NCBI GenBank assembly: GCA_003353955.1
Contig: PIVJ01000002.1
Coordinates: 13,971 to 77,970 of the forward strand
Direction: 5' to 3'
DNA length: 64,000 bases
DNA from: Bacteroidota bacterium
Lineage (GTDB): Bacteria; Bacteroidota; Bacteroidia; Bacteroidales; GCA-2711565
How positions within the stretch are numbered: position 1 is the stretch's first letter; each line of letters begins with the position of its first letter. Made by a program: the position numbers and the translations under genes. A model generated the notes under the pieces. The model had not been told where the DNA came from, made no database searches, and worked only from the letters and a program-made list of their open reading frames with translations. Positions 57,670 to 64,000 of the stretch are shown here, one piece after another.

Positions 57670-57873
57670 TCATCCCCCACTAATCATATGCAAAACAACC
57701 ACCTTGTCACCATCTTTAATATTGGCAGTTTTTCTCTCATCTTTTTTAATCAATCGGTCATTAATTTTTGTAACCAATAACTTAAAAGTGAAATTTTTAT
57801 ATTCGATAAGTTCTTGAATAGTTATCAGATCGCGCTCAATATTCTCTTCACGATTGTTTAGTGTGATTTTCAT
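57670..57873 (-). CDS. thiS: ThiS/MoaD-family ubiquitin-like sulfur-carrier protein
   Basis: 67 aa from MKITLNN to a C-terminal ...MISGG* (Gly-Gly end). The longer ORF in the track overlaps thiF and adds non-homologous residues. Confidence 0.8.
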   Translation of the reverse strand: MKITLNNREENIERDLITIQELIEYKNFTFKLLVTKINDRLIKKDERKTANIKDGDKVVVLHMISGG

Positions 57874-58459
57874 TTTTAGTGTTTTTAAGTAGAATTTCAA
57901 GTGCTTTATTTGCCTGCATATGAGCCACAATTCCAACACGAGGTGCCAATGGTGGAATATCTTCCGCAATTGCTGTTTTCATGTCTCCACAAATAAATAA
58001 ATTTCCGTGTTGTTCCATTTTTATACTTTCATTATCTCCATAGCCCGCCATGCCCATTCCCACAATCAAAGGTATATCCGGTAATTCAGTCATAACTGTT
58101 TCAATAATCATTTGTTTCATTTCTGCCAAATCAAAAGCTTCGATAATTACATCACATTTTTTAAAAATTGATACAACTTCTTTGGGTCCTAACTTCACAT
58201 CATGAGGTTCAATTTTGACGTGTGGGTTGATGAAGAAGATGTTTTCTTCTAAGGTAAAAACTTTCTTCTGCCCAAGTTGATTTGTATAATAATGCTGTCG
58301 GTTCAAATTGGATTTCTCGATCACATCAAAATCAACAATAACCAGTTTCCCAATTCCAATTCTGGCCAGAGCAACAGCACAATTTGATCCCAATCCACCA
58401 CAACCGGCAATGCCCACTTTTTTACATTTTAAAATCTTTTTAATCTCTGCGAAATTCAT
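57848..58459 (-). CDS. thiF: ThiF-family (short form) sulfur-carrier adenylyltransferase, E1-like
   Basis: 203 aa with Rossmann GxGxxG (GIAGCGGLGS) and the VDFDVIEKSNLNRQ motif. The 3' end overlaps the thiS start by 26 nt. Confidence 0.8.
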   Translation of the reverse strand: MNFAEIKKILKCKKVGIAGCGGLGSNCAVALARIGIGKLVIVDFDVIEKSNLNRQHYYTNQLGQKKVFTLEENIFFINPHVKIEPHDVKLGPKEVVSIFKKCDVIIEAFDLAEMKQMIIETVMTELPDIPLIVGMGMAGYGDNESIKMEQHGNLFICGDMKTAIAEDIPPLAPRVGIVAHMQANKALEILLKNTKNENHTKQS

Positions 58460-58650
58460 ATTTTTGAATTGGGTTTACAACAGACTGCAAACAAAGATAA
58501 AATATATATCTAAGATTTTTAATTTATAACAATTCTAAATACGTAACACATCCTTATAATTGTCAATATTTTATTCGTTTTTACAACAATATGAATTGTT
58601 TTATATAACTCTTTTTCACTGCTTTATTTAATCCGCATGATAATATTTAA

Positions 58651-58658
58651 TAATTTTG
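58651..58658 (+). promoter_or_regulatory. Bacteroidota-type -7 box upstream of AOR
   Basis: TAATTTTG matches TAnnTTTG, 38 nt upstream of the ATG at 58696. Confidence 0.35.
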
Positions 58659-58695
58659 AAAAGTTTTTAAAAATGAACCATAAATAGATTTCGGC

Positions 58696-60855
58696 ATGAA
58701 CATTGAAGAAATAAAAAATAGCCACAAGTTGCTCACAAATTGGAGTTATAATTGGACTCCTTTACATCGTGGATATACTGATAAAGTACTCCATATAAAC
58801 GTTAGTACGAACGAGGTTAATGAAAAGACAGTTCCACCATTAATGAAGGAAAAATTTATTGGTGGTAAAGGTTATGGATTGAAGCTTTTGTGGGAAGCTA
58901 CCAAAGCGGAAACAAAATGGAACGACCCTGAAAATGAGATCGTGATTTCTTCCGGGCCAATAGGTGGTATCACGCAATATTCAGGCTCAGGGAAATCGAT
59001 AGTAGTAACAATTTCTCCACAAACTGATTCGGTCATGGACAGTAATGTGGGAGGGTTTTTTGGTCCATTTCTGAAATTCTCCGGTTTTGATGCAATTGAG
59101 TTACAAGGCAAAGCTGAAAACGATGTGATTATTTATATCGACGGGGTAAATCATAAAGTAGAAATTTTTGAAGCACCACAAGAACCTGTTGACAGCCATG
59201 TATTGGCAGAAGTACTTACCGAAATGTTTGCCAACGACGACAAAGACAAAAGAAACATTGGTGTTATTTCCACCGGAGCTGCAGCTGATCATTCATTAAT
59301 CGGGATGTTAAACTTCAGTTTTTACGATCCGAAAAGAAAACTGGTAAGATTGAAGCAAGCCGGGCGCGGTGGAATCGGAACGGTTTTCAGAGATAAAAAT
59401 ATTAGAGCTGTTGTTGCAAAAATCCCCGGTGTAAAAGGGAACTTAAATGATGTTGCCGACCTGACTGCTATTATGGAAAGAGGTAAGAGGTTTAATAAAG
59501 AGATGCGTGAATTGGACGATTCTCAGGCCGAAATGAGAACCAAGGGCACGGCTCACCTCACCAATATTATGAATGATTACGATTTATTACCAACCCATAA
59601 TTACAAATTCGGAAGTCATGATAAAGCTGATGAAATTCACTCTGAAGTTTGGAAAGCACGCTTTACTCAAGGCATCCCCGACGGATGCTGGATCGGATGT
59701 AATATGGCTTGCGCCAAAGGGGTTGATAATTACGAATTGAGAACGGGACCTTATCAAGGCGATAAAGTGATTGTTGACGGACCTGAATATGAAAATGCCG
59801 GTGGCTTAGGTTCGAACTGCGGAATCTTTAATCCAGATTACATCATTGAAGCAAATTTCTATTGTGACACGTATGGGATTTGTACAATTTCATGGGGCAC
59901 TTTACTAGCTTTCGTTATGGAATGTTATGAAAACGGTATCTTAAATAAAGAAAGAACGGGTGGCTTAAAACTTAATTTCGGAAATGCTGACTCAGCTATG
60001 GAATTATTGCACTTACTAGCCAAGGGAGAAGGATTTGGACCCATCGCCGGGATGGGTGCTCGAAAAATGAAAGAACTCTTTATTGAGAAAGGTTGGGGTG
60101 ATTCACAATTTATTACCGACATTGCCATGGAAAATAAAGGTCTTGAATATTCAGAATATGTTTCGAAAGAATCTTTAGCACAGCAAGGCGGTTTCGCTAT
60201 GACAAATAAGGGACCTCAGCATGATGAAGCCTGGCTAATTTTTATGGATATGGTAAATAATCAGATTCCTACATTTGAAGACAAAGCCGAGGCATTGCAT
60301 TATTTCCCAATGTTCCGTACCTGGTTTGGCTTGGTTGGATTATGTAAATTACCATGGAATGATGTTGAACCTGAAACCAATGCGGAAACTGATGAACCTG
60401 CAAAAGTTCCTGAACATGTTGATAATTATGTAACCATCTACAAAGCGGTTACAGGTCAAGATTTCAGCAAGGAAGAAATGATAATCATGTCGGAAAGAGT
60501 TTATAATTACCAACGAATCTTCAATTTAAGAAAAGGTTTTGGCACCCGTAAATATGATGCACAACCTTATCGTGCTGCCGGACCAGTTACTGTTGAAGAA
60601 TATGACTCAAGAGCTGAACGTTATGATAAACAAATGAAAGATCTCATTGGTATTTATCCTGATGAAAAAACTACAGAAGAGAAAATTATTATCATGCGTA
60701 AATACAGAGAATCACAATATGAAAAATTATTGGATGCTGTTTATAAACGAAGGGGCTGGACCAAGAATGGGGTTCCTAAAACTTCTCATTTAAAAGAATT
60801 GGGTATGGACTTACCTGAGCTCATCGAATTGATTACACCTCATCAGGAAGATTAA
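58696..60855 (+). CDS. aldehyde:ferredoxin oxidoreductase family (tungsto-/molybdopterin) enzyme, long YdhV-like form
   Basis: 719 aa. AFOR N-terminal domain (YTDKVLHINVS...FIGGKGYGLKLLWE, GRGGIGTVFRDKNIRAVV), Cys cluster region (CWIGCNMACAK) and an AFOR C-terminal domain. Confidence 0.85.
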   Translation: MNIEEIKNSHKLLTNWSYNWTPLHRGYTDKVLHINVSTNEVNEKTVPPLMKEKFIGGKGYGLKLLWEATKAETKWNDPENEIVISSGPIGGITQYSGSGKSIVVTISPQTDSVMDSNVGGFFGPFLKFSGFDAIELQGKAENDVIIYIDGVNHKVEIFEAPQEPVDSHVLAEVLTEMFANDDKDKRNIGVISTGAAADHSLIGMLNFSFYDPKRKLVRLKQAGRGGIGTVFRDKNIRAVVAKIPGVKGNLNDVADLTAIMERGKRFNKEMRELDDSQAEMRTKGTAHLTNIMNDYDLLPTHNYKFGSHDKADEIHSEVWKARFTQGIPDGCWIGCNMACAKGVDNYELRTGPYQGDKVIVDGPEYENAGGLGSNCGIFNPDYIIEANFYCDTYGICTISWGTLLAFVMECYENGILNKERTGGLKLNFGNADSAMELLHLLAKGEGFGPIAGMGARKMKELFIEKGWGDSQFITDIAMENKGLEYSEYVSKESLAQQGGFAMTNKGPQHDEAWLIFMDMVNNQIPTFEDKAEALHYFPMFRTWFGLVGLCKLPWNDVEPETNAETDEPAKVPEHVDNYVTIYKAVTGQDFSKEEMIIMSERVYNYQRIFNLRKGFGTRKYDAQPYRAAGPVTVEEYDSRAERYDKQMKDLIGIYPDEKTTEEKIIIMRKYRESQYEKLLDAVYKRRGWTKNGVPKTSHLKELGMDLPELIELITPHQED

Positions 60856-61140
60856 TTCCCTCAAAATAAGCAAAGACGATTAACGTATAATTTGACAATA
60901 ACTTTGATACTTAAAAAAATAATTGTATTTTTATGTCCCTAATCGATTAATTAGAAAGCTATTAATTAATTACCAAGGAATTAGAAAGATATTGAGGATC
61001 CGCTTATTGGAATACTGATAATATTACTTCCAATTCTTCTAAATATTTTCTCCCCAGTTGACATTAATAATTAGGTGGCTTAATAATCCATGTTCGTGGA
61101 TTAAGTTGGATAATTAAATATTAATCAAAGCTTGGGTCAG

Positions 61141-64000
61141 ATGAAAATGTTTTCTATAAATAAAATAATTCCCATTAAGACGAAAACTGTTTCGTGTAAC
61201 TTCTTGATAAATAAAACATTTTTTAGCATCTTTTTATGCTTAATAGTTAGTTCTATTAATGGCCAAACGAAATATGAGGTTACCGGTGCAGGAACCACTG
61301 CTGTTAATGGAGTTTATTATTTCATTGGAGCATTAAATGGGAAAGATTACTTCAAAATGGAAGGAGCCTCATATTACCTTTATTGGCATGAATATAGTGC
61401 TGGGGCTTATTATTGGAATATCGATAATGATAAAAATGACGCAGATGTTTACTATAATATCTCATCAACAGCAGATACCGTACCCAATAGTGTTTGGTCC
61501 AAAGGTGATGGTAGCGATCCTGTCCCAACAGTGAGTGCCAGAGAAATAACTGCTCCGGAAATAAGTGTTTTGGGTAACAGTAATTCAATTGATGACGGGA
61601 GTACAACACCCTCAAGTGATAACGATACAGATTTTGGTTCTGTGCTAATATCAGGAGAAACAAAAGTAAAAACCTTTACAATTAGAAATATTGGAACTGA
61701 ATCTTTAGAGCTGGATGGCTCACCAAAAGTTAGTATTGGAGGTACTCATACAGCTGATTTTTCGGTCACATTGCAACCTACATCACCAATAGCAATAAAT
61801 AATGGTAGTACCACATTTCAGGTTACTTTTAATCCAAGTGCAGGCGGAACAAGATCTGCATCCCTTAGCATCAATAATAATGATGATAATGAAAATCCTT
61901 ATACTTTTAATATCGAAGGCATAGGTATTTATACCGCTCCAACCGTTCAGGCTAGCTCTATCATTTTTTCTGATATTGGCGCAGTTGAAATGAATATTAA
62001 CTGGACAAAAGGCAATGGCTCAAAATGTGCTGTATTTGTCAAAGAAACGAACTCAGGACTTCCAGCACCCTTAAATAATACAACTTTTATTGCAAATACA
62101 CATTTTAAGAAAGGTACTCAAATAGGAACTTCTTCATGGTATTGTGTATATAACGGAACGCTTGATTCAGTGACTGTAAATGGATTAATGCCGGGTTCAA
62201 ATTACCGCGTAATGGTATGTGAATATAATGGCGATGCAGGTTATGAAAAATATCTGACAACAGAATCAACTGATAATGCTTCTACTCAAACCATGAAAAC
62301 AATTATTATTAATGAAATTGATGTAGATACGCCCGGGACAGATAGTCAGGAATTTATTGAACTCTTTGATGGTGGTTCTGGAAATACCAGTCTTGATGGT
62401 TTAATCCTTGTTTTCTACAATGGTTCTGATGATCAGTCATATGACATAAGTGGCCATACGAATGCAATTGATCTAAATGGATACATGACAGATACCAATG
62501 GTTATTTTGTTTTAGCTGGAAATAGTTTCTCAGGTGACGCAGATATCCGTTTTGGAGATAATTCATTACAAAATGGAGCTGATGCTGTAGCAATTTTTGC
62601 AGACAGTGCTTCGAGTTTTCCTAATGACACACCTATTACCTCATCATATTTGATTGATGCAATAGTTTATGATACACAGGATGCTGATGATGCAGGTTTA
62701 TTACCTTTAATAAATGGCTCTGAACCTCAAGTAAATGAAGATGGAAATGGAGATAAGGATAATCATTCAAATCAACGAATACTTAATGGAACTGGAGGAC
62801 TAAGAAATACGTCTAACTATTCTCAACAACCACCTACACCCGGAACTCGGAACAATGCCCTCCCAACCAGTGCCAATGAAAGTATCACAGTTGAAGAAGA
62901 TGTGATTAAAGCACTTGCATTAAATGACTTTACTTACGTTGATGCTGACAGTGACCCATTGTGGCAAGTTCAACTGATGTCCAAACCTACCAAAGGCAGT
63001 TTGTTTATTGACTTAAATGATGATGATATTATTGATTTGAGTGAAGAATTAATCAATAACGACACCATCTTAGAAACTGATATTACAGCGAACAGGCTAA
63101 AATATATTGCGGCATTAAATGAATCTGGGAACAACTATACCTACTTTAAATTTAAAGTGAATGATAGCCTGGCCTATAGTTCCTCTGAATACACAATGAC
63201 TATAAATGTGACGACCGTAAATGATTTACCAACCGCCGTTAACGATACCGTAACAACCAATGAAGATACCGATAAGGTATTTGCAACCAGTGAATTTAAT
63301 TATTCCGACATCGAAGGAAGCTCCATGCAGCAGGTTCAAATAACTCTCATTCCCAGTAATGGTGTATTATTTAATGATGCCAATACCAATGGAGCCATTG
63401 ATGTGGGTGAAGCATTTTCAAATAATGATGTTGTTACAAAGGCCCATATTGATGCCAACAGGCTTAAATTTAAACCCGACTTAAATGAATTTGGAGCACC
63501 TTATGCTTCATTCAATTTTAAAGTGCATGATGGTACAGCCCACAGTAACGCTGCTTATAAATTAACCATCGATGTCACCCCTGTTAACGATTTACCAATT
63601 TCTGCAGATAGTATGTTTGGATGCCCGATTAATACAGATCATATTTTTACTATTTTAGATTTTCCTTACAGCGATGTTGAAGGAAGTCCAATTTCTATGG
63701 TAAACATTCCAGCAGTTCCTATTAAAGGCTCATTATACTTTGATTCTGACAATGATAATATTATTGATGGGGGAGAGGCCTATACAGATGGGGCAAATAT
63801 TTTGAGTACTACAATTGAAAGTGGGAAAGTTAAATACAAACCCAATGCTGATGAAAATGATCAGCCTTATACTACTTTTACTTTCAAAGTAAATGACGGA
63901 AGCAGTTCAAGTTCAGACACCTACACCATGGCCATTTCTGTTTATCCGGAGTTTGTTGTAGGCAGCATAACCGAAGACATGGTGATCTGTCATAACAGCA
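61141..64000 (+). CDS. giant secreted adhesin-like protein, 5' part (continues beyond the window)
   Basis: The frame is open from the ATG at 61141 to the window end (953 codons, translated by hand, no stop); it is absent from the supplied track. Signal peptide (FFSIFLCLIVSSINGQ), choice-of-anchor-D-like domain (DFGSVLISGETKVKTFTIRNIGTESLEL...), FN3-like domain, lamin-tail-domain-like segment (IIINEIDVDTPGTDSQEFIELFD), then cadherin-like repeats carrying VNDLP junctions. Confidence 0.85.
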   Translation, partial: MKMFSINKIIPIKTKTVSCNFLINKTFFSIFLCLIVSSINGQTKYEVTGAGTTAVNGVYYFIGALNGKDYFKMEGASYYLYWHEYSAGAYYWNIDNDKNDADVYYNISSTADTVPNSVWSKGDGSDPVPTVSAREITAPEISVLGNSNSIDDGSTTPSSDNDTDFGSVLISGETKVKTFTIRNIGTESLELDGSPKVSIGGTHTADFSVTLQPTSPIAINNGSTTFQVTFNPSAGGTRSASLSINNNDDNENPYTFNIEGIGIYTAPTVQASSIIFSDIGAVEMNINWTKGNGSKCAVFVKETNSGLPAPLNNTTFIANTHFKKGTQIGTSSWYCVYNGTLDSVTVNGLMPGSNYRVMVCEYNGDAGYEKYLTTESTDNASTQTMKTIIINEIDVDTPGTDSQEFIELFDGGSGNTSLDGLILVFYNGSDDQSYDISGHTNAIDLNGYMTDTNGYFVLAGNSFSGDADIRFGDNSLQNGADAVAIFADSASSFPNDTPITSSYLIDAIVYDTQDADDAGLLPLINGSEPQVNEDGNGDKDNHSNQRILNGTGGLRNTSNYSQQPPTPGTRNNALPTSANESITVEEDVIKALALNDFTYVDADSDPLWQVQLMSKPTKGSLFIDLNDDDIIDLSEELINNDTILETDITANRLKYIAALNESGNNYTYFKFKVNDSLAYSSSEYTMTINVTTVNDLPTAVNDTVTTNEDTDKVFATSEFNYSDIEGSSMQQVQITLIPSNGVLFNDANTNGAIDVGEAFSNNDVVTKAHIDANRLKFKPDLNEFGAPYASFNFKVHDGTAHSNAAYKLTIDVTPVNDLPISADSMFGCPINTDHIFTILDFPYSDVEGSPISMVNIPAVPIKGSLYFDSDNDNIIDGGEAYTDGANILSTTIESGKVKYKPNADENDQPYTTFTFKVNDGSSSSSDTYTMAISVYPEFVVGSITEDMVICHNS
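62857..63950 (+). repeat. three tandem ~120-aa cadherin-like/tandem-95-type repeats in the adhesin
   Basis: Each unit begins ..(VN)DLP(T/I)(A/S).. and ends ..F(K/N)FKV(N/H)D(S/G)...(Y)(T/K)(M/L)(T/A)I(N/D/S)V. Units start near 62857, 63226 and 63595. Confidence 0.75.

Noticed and set aside
57874-57969. 99-aa version of the ThiS ORF.
   Set aside because: The extra 32 codons overlap the thiF 3' end and are not ThiS-like. MKITLNN gives the canonical ~67-aa protein.
43843-58459. ThiF (E1) + ThiS (Ubl-GG) + RadC (JAB) as a bacterial ubiquitin-like conjugation/anti-phage (Bil-like) system.
   Set aside because: No E2-like gene is present. The JAB-domain RadC is 14 kb away in a ribosomal-protein context typical of housekeeping radC. 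ThiF is the short sulfur-transfer form.
58460-58695. TPP (THI-box) or Moco riboswitch upstream of thiF or AOR.
   Set aside because: The region is uniformly AT-rich. It has no CTGAGA/ACCTGA-type conserved blocks and no GC-rich helices on either strand. A covariance-model scan would still be needed for certainty.
61337-62593. Track ORFs 61337..61534 (+), 61352..61663 (-) and 62354..62593 (-) as genes.
   Set aside because: All lie inside the 953-codon open frame of the adhesin gene, in other frames, and encode repetitive Tyr/His/Leu-rich nonsense.
1-64000. CRISPR arrays, tRNA/rRNA genes, prophage or defence-island genes.
   Set aside because: I saw no regularly spaced direct repeats, no cloverleaf-capable GC-rich segments in intergenic regions, and no integrase, restriction, toxin-antitoxin or RT-like ORFs. 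The only mobile DNA is the decayed IS remnant.

Overview
AT-rich Bacteroidota chromosomal segment. The assignment rests on a SusC/SusD pair, a T9SS C-terminal sorting domain and TAnnTTTG-type -7 boxes; AOR and RIC suggest an anaerobe. No rRNA, tRNA or CRISPR array was seen. Gene order: dnaX; a translationally coupled deacetylase-like/GNAT-like pair; upp; an ABC permease; a T9SS-plug-like gene with a decayed IS5-family element at its start codon; complete nqrABCDEF. A ~26 kb alpha-glucan utilisation super-locus follows. It holds a LacI regulator with a palindromic operator, susC/D/E/F-like genes, five intact GH13 genes (one T9SS-sorted), an MFS transporter, a pgmB stub, a TreS-like GH13 + beta-PGM::GH65 fusion + P-loop kinase cassette, and a dead SusA-like GH13. 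After it come apbE and an NqrM-like mini-protein; a TrmH-family methyltransferase; rpsF-rpsR-rplI; radC; rpsT; a permease remnant; ric plus a dead Rrf2 regulator; a YyaL-like thioredoxin protein; a GC-rich structured element; nhaD; exbB-exbD-tonB; a wHTH/4Fe-4S protein; an S9 peptidase; folC; and thiF-thiS divergent from an aldehyde:ferredoxin oxidoreductase. The window ends with the first 2.86 kb of a giant adhesin, which is absent from the ORF track because it runs off the window edge. Best candidate for something undescribed: the TreS-like / beta-PGM::GH65 / Udk-PRK-type kinase cassette at 31.5-37.1 kb. It appears to have replaced an ancestral pgmB-GH65 module, since a frameshifted pgmB stub remains at its left junction. 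Secondary candidates are the orphan ThiF/ThiS pair next to AOR (no thiamine genes, no TPP riboswitch), a GC-rich multi-hairpin element at 48.75-48.88 kb, and a recurrent pattern of gene remnants that keep both termini but have lost the middle. All family calls come from reading motifs by eye; no database search was possible.
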